Shown: positions 17,285 to 27,487 of the stretch, piece after piece
Numbering within the stretch: position 1 is the stretch's first letter
Layout: every line of letters starts with the position of its first letter
Origin: Candidatus Nanohaloarchaea archaeon
GTDB taxonomy: Archaea; Nanohalarchaeota; Nanosalinia; Nanosalinales; Nanosalinaceae
NCBI GenBank assembly: GCA_042218075.1
Contig: JBDGRK010000022.1
Coordinates: forward strand, 1 to 64,000
DNA: 64,000 nucleotides
Reading direction: 5' to 3'
Position numbers and translations under genes: made by a program
The notes under the pieces: generated by a model
Databases searched by the model: none
The model's input: only the letters and a program-made list of their open reading frames with translations
Told to the model about the DNA's origin: nothing

Positions 17285-18589
17285 ATGAAAAACGTAGTGT
17301 TCATAGTGACCGATGCGATGAGGAGAGACAGGGTAGGAGCCTACAATAATGAAGTAGACTTCACCGGCTCGATCGATAAATTCGCGGAAGAGGCCACGAT
17401 CTTCGAGGATGCTGTCTCAAATTCTTCCTGGACCCTGCCCTCTCACGCATCCTTCTTCACCGGAATTTATCCGTGGGAGCATTACGCTACGCAGAGAAAC
17501 CTGGAACTCAAAGTCGAGAAAGATACACTGGCTGAAAGATTCTCTGAAGAGGGATACAAAACCTACTGCTACTCTATAAACGGTTTTCTGAGGCCGCATT
17601 CAGGTCTTCTGAAAGGTTTCGATCGGTGGGGGAGCTTCAAGATCAGCGACAGGTTCTCCACTCTAGTGAAACTGAAGGCAAAAGCGGAAAAGTGGCTGGC
17701 GAGCGACGATAGCTGGCTGAAGAAGAAGCTGATGAGCATCGGGGACTACTTCTACCATTATAAGCAGGGAGAGATGCGGGAGACTGAGAAGATAATGGAA
17801 GAGGCGAGGAGAACTGTTACAGGATCGGACAACTTCTTCCTCTTCATGAACCTGATGGATCCTCACGTCCCTTACTTTCCGCCTGAAGAGTACAGGAAAA
17901 AGCACTCAGGGCCTGAGCCTTCTCAAATATGCCAGGACAATTCAGAGTACTATTCGGGAAAGAAAGAAGCCGATTTCAATGAGATATCAAGAATATATAA
18001 CGCCTCAATCGACTACATGGACGACCAGATTGGAGAATTCTTTGATTTCCTGAAGAAGCAGGACATCTGGGATGATACCGTTATAGTACTTGTATCAGAC
18101 CATGGCCAGCTACTCGGTGAGGAAGGCCACTACGGCCACCAGTACAGCGTCCACGAGAAGCTAGTGCAGGTCCCTCTGATAGTTAAGGGCGCAGGCAGAG
18201 ACGTTTTGGAAGAACAGGTGGAGCTGAGAGAGCTCTACGATTTGATACAGGGATGGGCCGGTTTGGCAGAGAAGGAAACGCCCGGTACAGAGATCGCGAA
18301 GGGAGGATACGAATTTCCCGACATGATGAGGCAGAGAATACCTGAAGACAGGATAGAAGAGCTTTACCGGAGGCACACATTCGCAAGAAAGAGCGACCAC
18401 AAAGTCGTGAGATCGGAGACCGAGAAAGGAGAAGTTGAGCGGAGGGAGATCAAGCTGGAAGAAGGAGACAAAGACTTCAGCGATCTGAGGGATGAGGTCC
18501 CCGAATTCGAAACTCAGGGAAATGGCGAAAAGCTGCACGATAAAGATGAAGAAGTCAAGAAGAAGCTGAGAGACCTGGGTTACGGCTAG
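17285..18589 (+). CDS. Sulfatase-like alkaline-phosphatase-superfamily hydrolase
   Basis: DAMRRD, WTLPSHASFFTG, DPHVPY, SDHG, LRDLGY. Confidence 0.85.
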   Translation: MKNVVFIVTDAMRRDRVGAYNNEVDFTGSIDKFAEEATIFEDAVSNSSWTLPSHASFFTGIYPWEHYATQRNLELKVEKDTLAERFSEEGYKTYCYSINGFLRPHSGLLKGFDRWGSFKISDRFSTLVKLKAKAEKWLASDDSWLKKKLMSIGDYFYHYKQGEMRETEKIMEEARRTVTGSDNFFLFMNLMDPHVPYFPPEEYRKKHSGPEPSQICQDNSEYYSGKKEADFNEISRIYNASIDYMDDQIGEFFDFLKKQDIWDDTVIVLVSDHGQLLGEEGHYGHQYSVHEKLVQVPLIVKGAGRDVLEEQVELRELYDLIQGWAGLAEKETPGTEIAKGGYEFPDMMRQRIPEDRIEELYRRHTFARKSDHKVVRSETEKGEVERREIKLEEGDKDFSDLRDEVPEFETQGNGEKLHDKDEEVKKKLRDLGYG

Positions 18590-19122
18590 AGCTCGAATTC
18601 CTCCTCGCTTACAGCTTTCAAATCACCGGATAATTCAAGTAACCGTGCCCTGATCGTTCTCTCCCGGACTTCGGCTTCCATCATAGTCGGATCTGACTTG
18701 GTTGCCGAACCTCCACCAACTCCTGTGCAGCTTCCAGGATTCAGCAGAATCGTATCTCCACTCCTGAAAATCTCCTCCCGGTGGGTATGGCCGTGGAGAA
18801 GAACATCAACCTCCATCTTGTTTCTGGCGATTTCCAGCAGGGTGTCATGATCGCCTCTCGGATGGATTCCGGTCCCGTGATATACACCGAACTCTAATCC
18901 ATCGATTTGGAACTTCTCTGATGTGGATAGATCAAACCTCTCACAGTTTCCTTTTACCGCTACAAAGTCATCGAAGCTTTCTTCCAGCTCATAGTAAATC
19001 TCTTTCGAAACTATATCTCCGCAATGTACAGCTTTATCCGCCTTGTCCGCTCTCTCAAGCAATCTCTGCGGTATCTCGGGAGCTCTATTCGGCACATGGG
19101 AATCGGAAAGGATCGCAATCAT
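18586..19122 (-). CDS. YfcE/Vps29-family metallophosphoesterase
   Basis: SDSH, HCGD, GNCE, GHTH, NPGS. Confidence 0.9.
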   Translation of the reverse strand: MIAILSDSHVPNRAPEIPQRLLERADKADKAVHCGDIVSKEIYYELEESFDDFVAVKGNCERFDLSTSEKFQIDGLEFGVYHGTGIHPRGDHDTLLEIARNKMEVDVLLHGHTHREEIFRSGDTILLNPGSCTGVGGGSATKSDPTMMEAEVRERTIRARLLELSGDLKAVSEEEFEL

Positions 19123-19234
19123 GTACTCTAGATTGGGAAGTAGATCTTTTTATCCTGTCTGAATTTATTTAAAGCAGGACTTGGAATTCTCAGGTGCGGG
19201 GGTAAGAGGGGAGTCCGGACCGGAATCTCCAGAA

Positions 19235-19540
19235 ATGAAACTTCACGAGAAAATCTACAGGAAATCGTTGATAGCGCTTCTAGGGTTTACAAGACTCCTC
19301 TCGAAGGCTGATTTCAGTGTTCCCAGCAAGTGGCTTGCTGTTTTTGAGAATATAAGGATTTCCTCGGATATTCTCTACGTTAAGCTGAGTTCTATAGATG
19401 AGGAAGCGGAGGAAAAAATCCTGAGAAAGGAAGATATAATTGCGAAGAAGCTTGGCCAGGACAAGTTCTACAGCCTGGAAGAGCTTGAACATATCAAGGA
19501 CAACCGGGAGGACGTGGAGATTCAGATCCCCAAGTTCTGA
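19235..19540 (+). CDS. Hypothetical protein
   Basis: Fills the gap between convergent genes; no motif recognised. Confidence 0.55.
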   Translation: MKLHEKIYRKSLIALLGFTRLLSKADFSVPSKWLAVFENIRISSDILYVKLSSIDEEAEEKILRKEDIIAKKLGQDKFYSLEELEHIKDNREDVEIQIPKF

Positions 19541-20811
19541 AGCATATCCTGCATGTTGCCTCTCTTCATCGAACCCTTGTCAAACTTGTCCATCATGTTC
19601 TTGGTCTGCCTGTAGTGCTTGATGAGCTCTCTGACCTCGCTCCTTGATGTACCAGAACCTCTAGCTATCCTTTCAGCCCTTGACCTGTCGACGATTGAAG
19701 GATCTTTTTTCTCCTCCAGATTCATAGAATCGATTATCAGAGAGTATTTCTCTATCTTTCCCTCGGTAAGGTCACGGATATTGTCAGGTACCTGGCCGCC
19801 GAAAGGCATCTGCTGCACGACCTCCTCCATCATGCCTGCATCGGTTACACTTTCCATCTGCTGCCTGAAATCCTCCAGCGTGAATTCTCCCTCTAGAAGT
19901 TCCTCCGGGTCCGTATCCATCTGCTCAACCTTCTCAAGAAGGGACTCCAGATCAGGCTGACCTAATATGTCCGAGACAAACTCAACCGGATCATACAGCT
20001 CAAGATCCTCCATCTTCTCTCCTGTACCTATAAACCTGACATTCGATCCAGAGTGCTCGCAGGCAACCAGGGCTCCTCCACCCTTCGCTGATGAATCCAT
20101 CTTGGTAACTATGACCCCGGTTATCCCGACCGCCTCTTCAAAGTTCTCAGCTTGATCACCCGCTGACTGGCCTATATCCGCCGGCATAACCAGGTACTTT
20201 TCATCGGGCTCCATCACTTTCTCAATATCCTCCAGCTCCTCTCTTAGCTTATCATCCAGTGAGTCCCGACCAGCGGAGTCCACAATCGTGATATCCGTTT
20301 CAAGCCTTTCAATCCCATTTTCCACCACTCTGACCGGATCCTCCGCGTCTTTCTCGCCGTAGAACTCGGCCTCTACCTTCTCCGCAACCTGTTCCAGTTG
20401 ATCGTAGGCCGCGGGACGGTCAGTATCGGCGCAGATCACCCCGACCTTCATCCCTCTCTTCCGGTAGTAGTCCGCGAGTTTGCCTGTAGTAGTTGTCTTG
20501 CCGGAACCGAAAAGACCAAGCAGAAGAATGCTCTTGGACTCTACCTCTACCTCTGCCTCCTCTCCAAGTAATCCCTCAAGCTTTGAGTATACTATCTCAA
20601 GCACATGTTCCTTCCTGGAGAGTCCGGAAGGGAGTTCATCATTCAGAGCCTCTTTCCTTATATCATCCGACAGATCCGATACAAGCGAGACATCCACGTC
20701 AGCCTTTATCAGGTCTCTCTGTATATCCCTCACTAGCTGTTCGACAGCCTCTTCATCGGCCACTCCACGGGACGAGAATTTCTGGACGGACTCCTTTATT
20801 TTGTCAAACAT
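19522..20811 (-). CDS. srp54: Signal recognition particle protein Srp54
   Basis: GLFGSGKTTT, DTDRPAA, DSAGR, TKMD, RIARGSG M-domain. Confidence 0.96.
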   Translation of the reverse strand: MFDKIKESVQKFSSRGVADEEAVEQLVRDIQRDLIKADVDVSLVSDLSDDIRKEALNDELPSGLSRKEHVLEIVYSKLEGLLGEEAEVEVESKSILLLGLFGSGKTTTTGKLADYYRKRGMKVGVICADTDRPAAYDQLEQVAEKVEAEFYGEKDAEDPVRVVENGIERLETDITIVDSAGRDSLDDKLREELEDIEKVMEPDEKYLVMPADIGQSAGDQAENFEEAVGITGVIVTKMDSSAKGGGALVACEHSGSNVRFIGTGEKMEDLELYDPVEFVSDILGQPDLESLLEKVEQMDTDPEELLEGEFTLEDFRQQMESVTDAGMMEEVVQQMPFGGQVPDNIRDLTEGKIEKYSLIIDSMNLEEKKDPSIVDRSRAERIARGSGTSRSEVRELIKHYRQTKNMMDKFDKGSMKRGNMQDMLQNLGI

Positions 20812-20848
20812 GTGATCCAATACGGCCACAAGGTTTAATGGGTTTGTC

Positions 20849-21187
20849 TCACCCTCCTATGTTCCAGTAATTGAATATAAACATGGATACCGCGGAACCA
20901 AGAAAGGCTACACCTATGGATTTCATCGTTGCCGCGAACGCGGTGTCACCCTGGAAACTCATGTAGATGAAAGAAAGCATGAAAGAGATAAGAAACCCCA
21001 TGAAAGGGTTTTTTAGCGCCCCAAGAGATTTCCACAGCCCTATGCCAGACATCAGACTACCCAGAATAACTCCCGAGAAAACAGTGACTATCACCCCTGA
21101 AACAAGACCCGATTCCATATAAGATAGATAACCTATTAAGCCCGAGAGAGATGCCAGAAATATAATTTTGAACCATGCCTGATCCAT
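20849..21187 (-). CDS. Hypothetical membrane protein (about 4 TM)
   Basis: Hydrophobic throughout; ATG 21187. Confidence 0.7.
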   Translation of the reverse strand: MDQAWFKIIFLASLSGLIGYLSYMESGLVSGVIVTVFSGVILGSLMSGIGLWKSLGALKNPFMGFLISFMLSFIYMSFQGDTAFAATMKSIGVAFLGSAVSMFIFNYWNIGG

Positions 21188-21239
21188 GGGAGAGGTTTCA
21201 GCTTCGAAAATATAAGAGTTTGACCAGCAGCCTAGAACT

Positions 21240-22031
21240 ATGGAATTCTCCCTCAGAAATATTGAAGGAACCAATATGCATTACGGAGAGGAAGGGAAAG
21301 ACTCCGAGCTGCAGCTTGTTTTCTGCCCCGGAGGATTCAACCCTGAAATCTGGAGACACCAGCTCAAATACTTTTCAAAGAAGTGTAAGACTGTAGGCTT
21401 TGGAACCACGAGAAGCGAGAACAGCTACAGCGGAGAGAAAGAGGCTTTGAGATCGATTCTGGACCAGGAACACATCGATAATGCGGTACTGGTCTCCAAC
21501 CTCCTGGGAAATCCGCTGATCCAGTCCTTCGAGGACAGGCAAGATGTAAAAACCACTGTTCTATCAGGACCCCTTAGCCGGGGATTGAAACTGGAGAAAA
21601 GCTTCTACAATCTCACGTGGCGGATCGCGAAAAGAAAGCCGAAAATAATGAAGAAGATATTCTTCTCACCGGAATGCGATTACAGCTCGCTGAAAAGCTT
21701 TGCCGAAAAAGTCGATCCTCCTTCCCACGAAAGCTTCCTGGAATACGCAGAAAAAGATGTAAGGAGGCCTGTCAAAATCTCACTGGTCATACATGCTGAA
21801 GACGACAGATTCTCAAGCATGGAGAACGCCCGTAACCTGAATTCGAGACTCAGCGTGATAAGAAGGGCGGGAAGCTTCTGCTTCTACGAGAAGCCTCAGG
21901 AGTTTAACAAGGCGCTGAGCGACTACCTGGAGATAGTCAGGCAGGAAATAAGGAAGCAGGAAATCTTCAAGTCCTCGGAGAAAAACCGTTCACTGGAAGA
22001 GTTCGGCAGGGAGGTGAAAACGGGCAAATGA
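21240..22031 (+). CDS. Alpha/beta-hydrolase fold protein, catalytic Ser/His apparently lost
   Basis: LVFCPGG...WRHQ, VLVSNLLG (for GxSxG), VIHAEDD, AGSF...EKPQEFN. Confidence 0.75.
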   Translation: MEFSLRNIEGTNMHYGEEGKDSELQLVFCPGGFNPEIWRHQLKYFSKKCKTVGFGTTRSENSYSGEKEALRSILDQEHIDNAVLVSNLLGNPLIQSFEDRQDVKTTVLSGPLSRGLKLEKSFYNLTWRIAKRKPKIMKKIFFSPECDYSSLKSFAEKVDPPSHESFLEYAEKDVRRPVKISLVIHAEDDRFSSMENARNLNSRLSVIRRAGSFCFYEKPQEFNKALSDYLEIVRQEIRKQEIFKSSEKNRSLEEFGREVKTGK

Positions 22032-22549
22032 TCGCGGGACTGATGCTTTCGGATTCAGAGAAGGAAGATTCACAGCTCGCCCTCCTCGGAGATGAAACAG
22101 ATTCTCTGTCCCTGAAAGATACAGGTAGGATAGTAGATGAAATCTCAGGGAGAGAGGTAGAGGTTCTGGCAGTTAACTGCGGCACCGAGCTGAATGCCGG
22201 TGAGCTGACGGAGGATGAGGAAGAATTGAAGGAAGCTGGTTACGCCTTCACCCCTTCACACACTGAAAAGAAAAAAGTTGAGAGGCTCCGCGCGATAGAG
22301 AGGTCTCTCAAGCATCTCATGGATAAGCCAACTGAACTTATCAGGTTTGATCCCGCCATAACATCGGAAAAACTGGCGCTGGATTCGGATGATTCCCTGG
22401 AATCACTTGGAGTTGACGCATCTGATATTTCGAGCTCAAAACAGTTCGATGCCGTGCTTGGAGCTATAACAGCAAGATTCTACTCACAGAACCACTACAG
22501 CGATGAAGGACTCATAGTGCCGGAGAAGCTGGAAAATGGAAAAACTTAA
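22028..22549 (+). CDS. DUF429-like (RNase H fold) protein, degenerate
   Basis: Spacing of AGLMLS, LAVNCG, IRFDP and FDAVLGAITA matches DUF429 motifs. Confidence 0.6.
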   Translation: MIAGLMLSDSEKEDSQLALLGDETDSLSLKDTGRIVDEISGREVEVLAVNCGTELNAGELTEDEEELKEAGYAFTPSHTEKKKVERLRAIERSLKHLMDKPTELIRFDPAITSEKLALDSDDSLESLGVDASDISSSKQFDAVLGAITARFYSQNHYSDEGLIVPEKLENGKT

Positions 22550-22590
22550 AAGAGTTTTACGATCAACAGGTAAATACAGGTAGATAGGAC

Positions 22591-22932
22591 ATGGGAATGG
22601 AAAAGTTTTACAGCGCGGTAAGGAAGAAGTTCGGCCTGGAGAAGGCCCAGCTCAAAGATGAATTAAAAGAAGAAGTCACCGATGAATTAAGGAGAGAGTT
22701 CGCGGAGGAGATATCCTACATAGAGGCACAGATGAAGGAATACGAACAGTTCGTTGCTGAGGTAAACCACCTGATGTCGAAGATGAGGAAGGACAGGATA
22801 AGATCCTCTGAAACAAGCAGAGACATCAAGATGGACGATTTCGATGACGACCTTGAACCGCTGAAGGCAAAGCTCCAGAAGCTTGAGGAATCCATGCAGA
22901 AAAGGCTGGACGAGCAGAAGGCCTACAGCTGA
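22591..22932 (+). CDS. Hypothetical coiled-coil protein
   Basis: Heptad-rich E/K sequence. Confidence 0.7.
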   Translation: MGMEKFYSAVRKKFGLEKAQLKDELKEEVTDELRREFAEEISYIEAQMKEYEQFVAEVNHLMSKMRKDRIRSSETSRDIKMDDFDDDLEPLKAKLQKLEESMQKRLDEQKAYS

Positions 22933-22963
22933 GAGGTCAATTCAACTGAGGAATCAGTTTAAT

Positions 22964-24139
22964 ATGTCTAAGGCCGAAAATATAATACCAACACTTGAAG
23001 AAACAGTTGAAAAAGAAGAATATGACAGAGCTTCAAGATTTCTTGCTCAGATCTCCAGAAATATTGATTCATACGATTTCAGTGAACTCGAATATAGAAG
23101 GATAGAAAACTGTGCAGAGGAACTATCTGAGAGAGTTATCGAAGACGCTAAAGTAATGCTTGAGAAAGAGAAAAACCTATATGGAAATAAGGCATTCTGC
23201 CTCCAGGTCGAGGATACAGTTACCGATCTGGAAATCTCGGAAGAATTTCTGGATCAGGAGGCGATTGAAGATCTGAGGAAACTGAAGGAATCTGCTTATG
23301 AAAAGGCTGCAGATTACAATCTTGAAGAGGCTGTAGAAACATTCGAGAGAGGCCTAAAGAATCCTTCTAATGCATCCTGCTTCACTGGCAGCTGGGACCT
23401 TCTTAAGAATGCGGAAGATTACGCTGAACTAATAGATAGAGATTACAGCCGTAGAATAGAGCAGATTAAAGAAGAAGTTAGTGAGAACGCTCCAGAGTTT
23501 ATTTACAGACATATGCTACGTAATTTAAATGCAAGAGTTTTCGAGAGCGAGGATTTCGGAGTTGAAAGCTCCCAACTAGATACCAGCCGACTGATGCTGG
23601 CTGAAAGCTATGTAGAGGATCTTGAGGAAATGCTGGAATACCGGGGAGATGATAATCTTGAATCTATAGAAGGTTTTCAGATTTCAGAAGTTTCAGATGA
23701 AGCCGGGCAAGTTTTCTGGAACCTTGTGAGTCTAGTCGAAGAAAGACCCTTTGAAACTGAGGAAGCACTAAAATATCTGAAAAAATTCGGAGAAAAAACA
23801 GGTTTTTACAATTCAGGTACCGAGGACGCTCTTGAAAGAGCTGAAAAGATTCAGAACCTACATAATGCAGTTAATATGGCCGAAGAAGAAATAGAACAGA
23901 TTTTTAGAAAGCTTGATATTAAAGAAAAATACGAACCGGGAGATGACATAGGTTTACCTGAAGCTTTAATGCTTCCTTCAGAATTGACTCTAAATAATTC
24001 CTTGGAGTGGGCGGAAGATCTAATTTTAGAGGCTGAAGAAGAGATTTCAGAGGAAAATAGAAGTGAAAAAGAAGATGAATACAGAGATAGAATAATTGAA
24101 ATTAGAGATAAATTATCAAGTCTGGAAAGATTGATTTGA
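22964..24139 (+). CDS. Hypothetical very acidic all-helical protein (AT-rich ORFan)
   Basis: Long ORF with A/T-ending codons. Confidence 0.75.
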   Translation: MSKAENIIPTLEETVEKEEYDRASRFLAQISRNIDSYDFSELEYRRIENCAEELSERVIEDAKVMLEKEKNLYGNKAFCLQVEDTVTDLEISEEFLDQEAIEDLRKLKESAYEKAADYNLEEAVETFERGLKNPSNASCFTGSWDLLKNAEDYAELIDRDYSRRIEQIKEEVSENAPEFIYRHMLRNLNARVFESEDFGVESSQLDTSRLMLAESYVEDLEEMLEYRGDDNLESIEGFQISEVSDEAGQVFWNLVSLVEERPFETEEALKYLKKFGEKTGFYNSGTEDALERAEKIQNLHNAVNMAEEEIEQIFRKLDIKEKYEPGDDIGLPEALMLPSELTLNNSLEWAEDLILEAEEEISEENRSEKEDEYRDRIIEIRDKLSSLERLI

Positions 24140-24173
24140 GAATTTTTGATCTACATAAATTGCATTTATTTTG

Positions 24174-25064
24174 CTAATCCAGAATTCTTTCAATAAATTC
24201 TTCCATGTCAAACTCCTCTATATCCCCGTAATCCTGTCCTGTACCTAAGAAGGCGACAGGCTTTCCACTCTTCTCCGCAATCGAGATTATCGCCCCTCCC
24301 TCTTCATCGACATCCATCTTCGTGACTATTATGGCATCGAACATTCCCTCATAGGCTTCCGCCTGTTCTATAACGTCGTTACCCGAGAGAGCATCAACAA
24401 TCAGAAAAGTAATGTCAGGTTCATTAACCCTGATCATCTTCTCAAGTTCATTCATCAGGTTGTCGTCCGAATGAGATCTGCCTGCCGTATCAACGATAGT
24501 CACCGCATCTTCATTACCAGCCTTCTCAACCGCATCATAAGCTACAGCCGCGGGATCAGACTCGTACTCGTGAGATATAACATCGACTCCCAGATTTTCC
24601 CCGTGCTTCTCCAGCTGTTCTATCGAAGCCGCTCTAAAGGTATCTCCAGCCCCGAGAACCACATCTCTACCTCCTTCCTCCATCATTTTTGAAAGCTTGG
24701 AAGCTGTTGTAGTCTTTCCAGACCCGTTGAACCCTACAAGGAAAACCACCGGCGGATCTCCGGCATCCTCCAGCTCTTTCTCAAGTTCAAAATCATCGTC
24801 AAGAACCTCCAGGAGCACTTCTCTAACAGCTTCATCCACTTTCTCTCCAACCTTCATTCTGCCGGCTTTCTCTCCCACGAGATCCTCTTTCAAGCGCTCC
24901 TCCATCCGGTCAACCACTTCTAGAGAGACATTGCTCTGGAGAAGCTCAAGCCTCATATCGTCCAGCAGAGGATCTATATCCTTCTCCTCGATCTCCTTCT
25001 CCGCGACTTTGGACTTCACGCTGTCGGAAAAATCCTTCACCGACTCTTTCACTCCTTCAAACAT
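24174..25064 (-). CDS. ftsY: SRP receptor FtsY
   Basis: GFNGSGKTTT, DTFRAAS, DTAGR, TKMD, GTGQ. Confidence 0.96.
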   Translation of the reverse strand: MFEGVKESVKDFSDSVKSKVAEKEIEEKDIDPLLDDMRLELLQSNVSLEVVDRMEERLKEDLVGEKAGRMKVGEKVDEAVREVLLEVLDDDFELEKELEDAGDPPVVFLVGFNGSGKTTTASKLSKMMEEGGRDVVLGAGDTFRAASIEQLEKHGENLGVDVISHEYESDPAAVAYDAVEKAGNEDAVTIVDTAGRSHSDDNLMNELEKMIRVNEPDITFLIVDALSGNDVIEQAEAYEGMFDAIIVTKMDVDEEGGAIISIAEKSGKPVAFLGTGQDYGDIEEFDMEEFIERILD

Positions 25065-25104
25065 GGAAGAAACAATCCCGGAGAAGCTTTAACAATACAG
25101 CAGG

Positions 25105-26961
25105 TCAGGTATAATCTTCCAGCTCCTCGCCTAGAATCTCCGAAATCCTGGCGCCATCCGCTTCAATCCTCTGCTGGAGAACACCCATTAGAGGCCCCCT
25201 GGCTCGCTCGCCCTGCTCTTCTACCATCTCCTGTTTCTCATCCAGAACATTTCTGACCTCCTCTCTTATCTCATCATCGGACATCTTCCCCTCGACAACT
25301 TCCTCAATCGCTTCCCCTGCGGATGAACCCTCAGCTATGCCAATGATGACCTCTTCAATATCTCCCTTTGAAATCTCACCGGACTCAAACGCCTCGAACA
25401 GCCTTCTGAAATCCTCTTCACCAACCCGAGAGACATCCACTCCCTCGGATTCAAGCCCTGAAACTGTGTTGGTCAGCACGTTCGCAACAACCCTTGAATC
25501 CGCAACCTGCTTAAGCTGCTCGAACAGCAGAAGTCTCTCGCTGTTGACAATCTGGGAGGCGAGTTCATCTCCGATTTCGTCTGAATACATCTGCTCTCTC
25601 TCCTCCAGCGTTGGAGGAATATTCTGATCTATCTCGCGAACCCTATCCTCTTTCACCCTGACAGGCGTGATATCGGTCTCGGGATACATTCTCGCCGCTC
25701 CTGGAAGAGGCCTTGAATAGCTCGTGTTGAAGTCCTGCTCCGCGTTCCTGGTCTCCTCCGGAACTTCTCCCCTGTAAAGCTTCTCCGCTCTATCCCTGAC
25801 CTCCTTTCCAGCATTCCTCGCCTCTTCTGAATCGCCTGCAATTATCGCCAGAACATCTCCATCTTTCCTGTCAAAGATATCTGAAAGATTCTCAAACTCT
25901 TCCTCCAGGCCGTATCCTTCAATATCTTCATCAGTGTGAATTATTCCTCTAGGGCCCTGGCTCTTGGCGTAGTCGACCAGTTCCTTTGCAATATATCTTT
26001 CACCGGAGATCTCCCGCTTCATCTTTCCACTCATGCCCGGAAGTTTCAGGCAGTAAACCGCTCCATCGTTTTCCAGCACCGCGGACACTATATCGTTTTC
26101 AGTTCCCTCGAAAACGTGCGTTACATTATCGGCCTCGATCTCCGCATCAGGGAGTTCTTCACCCAGCCTGACAAGATTCTTCTGTCTCTCCACCTCAAGC
26201 CTGATCAGTTCATCAATGTTTCCAACGTCCTGGAAGCCCTTGATCTCAACTCTAGCGCCTTCCTTAATCGAAACGTTGACATCCTGTCTAATGGTTCCGA
26301 GACCCCGCCTTGCCTTTCCGGTGGACCGCAGAAGCATGCCTATCCTCTCGGCGACCTCTCTCGCGTGATCAGGATCCCTGATAGATGCATCGGTTCCAAC
26401 CTCGATCAGAGGCACACCAAGCCTGTTCAGATCGTAAACCGCCCTCTCGGAGTCTCTTTCGTGGATACCTGCGGACTCCTCCTCTAGCTCTATATCCTCT
26501 ATATCCACCTTACCAGAATCAGTTTCAAGCTGTCCATCAAGGCCGACCATCGCGGTCCTCTGGAAACCGGAAGTGTTCGAGCCGTCGATAACCATCTTCC
26601 TCATCACCTGTATCTCCTCAGGGATTTCAGCTCCAACCATCCTGGCAAATGTCAGAGCAATCTCCAGTGCCTCATCGTCCAGTTGATGAGGAGGCTCCTC
26701 ATCCAGCTCCACCAGGCAGTTGTTTCTGGCGTAGTAATTGTATACGTATTTCCTCTGCTTCTGCTCTTCCTTCTCTGCGGCCTCGTCTTTCCCGCCTGAC
26801 TCCCCCTCTACCGCGCTTAGAAATCGCTCTACTCTTGAATCCGGGGCCTCATCCTCCAGGTCGACAGGGCATTGGCAGAAAAGTTTTGTATCAGTAGCGA
26901 GCTGCTGGTGCAGCTCCAGACCACATTTGAATCCAAGTTCATCGTAATCAATCTTCGACAA
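25105..26961 (-). CDS. gatE: Glu-tRNA(Gln) amidotransferase subunit E
   Basis: GLELHQQL, DGSNTSGFQRT, GTIRQDVN, RMYPETD. Confidence 0.97.
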   Translation of the reverse strand: MSKIDYDELGFKCGLELHQQLATDTKLFCQCPVDLEDEAPDSRVERFLSAVEGESGGKDEAAEKEEQKQRKYVYNYYARNNCLVELDEEPPHQLDDEALEIALTFARMVGAEIPEEIQVMRKMVIDGSNTSGFQRTAMVGLDGQLETDSGKVDIEDIELEEESAGIHERDSERAVYDLNRLGVPLIEVGTDASIRDPDHAREVAERIGMLLRSTGKARRGLGTIRQDVNVSIKEGARVEIKGFQDVGNIDELIRLEVERQKNLVRLGEELPDAEIEADNVTHVFEGTENDIVSAVLENDGAVYCLKLPGMSGKMKREISGERYIAKELVDYAKSQGPRGIIHTDEDIEGYGLEEEFENLSDIFDRKDGDVLAIIAGDSEEARNAGKEVRDRAEKLYRGEVPEETRNAEQDFNTSYSRPLPGAARMYPETDITPVRVKEDRVREIDQNIPPTLEEREQMYSDEIGDELASQIVNSERLLLFEQLKQVADSRVVANVLTNTVSGLESEGVDVSRVGEEDFRRLFEAFESGEISKGDIEEVIIGIAEGSSAGEAIEEVVEGKMSDDEIREEVRNVLDEKQEMVEEQGERARGPLMGVLQQRIEADGARISEILGEELEDYT

Positions 26962-27487
26962 CCTTCTTCACCTCCTGCTCCAGTTCTTCCATAGTGATTC
27001 CATCGTTTGCAACTATTTTATCGCTTAAGGCCATCAACTTTCCGACCCCGTTCTCTATCTCCCTCAGGTCCCGCTCATGGAAACTCTGTCCTTTAACATC
27101 TTCATCCCTCTGTCTTTCCTCGCGTCTCTCCCTTCTGGTTCCGCGGGAAGCCCAAACTGCCAGAACATCTATCTCCTCTGAGGTCTCCTGCTCGAACCTC
27201 TGCTTTTCACTCCATCCCCTCATCCCGGTTATGACAACTTTTTCCTTCTCGTCCAGTATCTCTTCCAGGTAGGGCATCGATAGCTGTGCTATAGCATCCG
27301 TGCCGTGTTCATCTCTCATAGAGTTCACGAAATCTCCCTCCTTGCCCGATGCTACACCCCTTTTGTCCATCTCGATTCTAACTACCTCTCCCATGTCAAG
27401 CACAGTGTATCCTTCCTCTTCGAGTATCTCCGCCACAGTAGTCTTCCCGGACAGAGGCATGCCAGTGACCGCTAGGATTTCAGGAAT
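26948..27487 (-). CDS. Archaeal dephospho-CoA-kinase-like P-loop kinase (probable ATT start)
   Basis: EILAVTGMPLSGKTT, MGEVVR, ERDLREI; the track's ATG 27460 lies inside the P-loop. Confidence 0.8.
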   Translation of the reverse strand: MPEILAVTGMPLSGKTTVAEILEEEGYTVLDMGEVVRIEMDKRGVASGKEGDFVNSMRDEHGTDAIAQLSMPYLEEILDEKEKVVITGMRGWSEKQRFEQETSEEIDVLAVWASRGTRRERREERQRDEDVKGQSFHERDLREIENGVGKLMALSDKIVANDGITMEELEQEVKKVVED

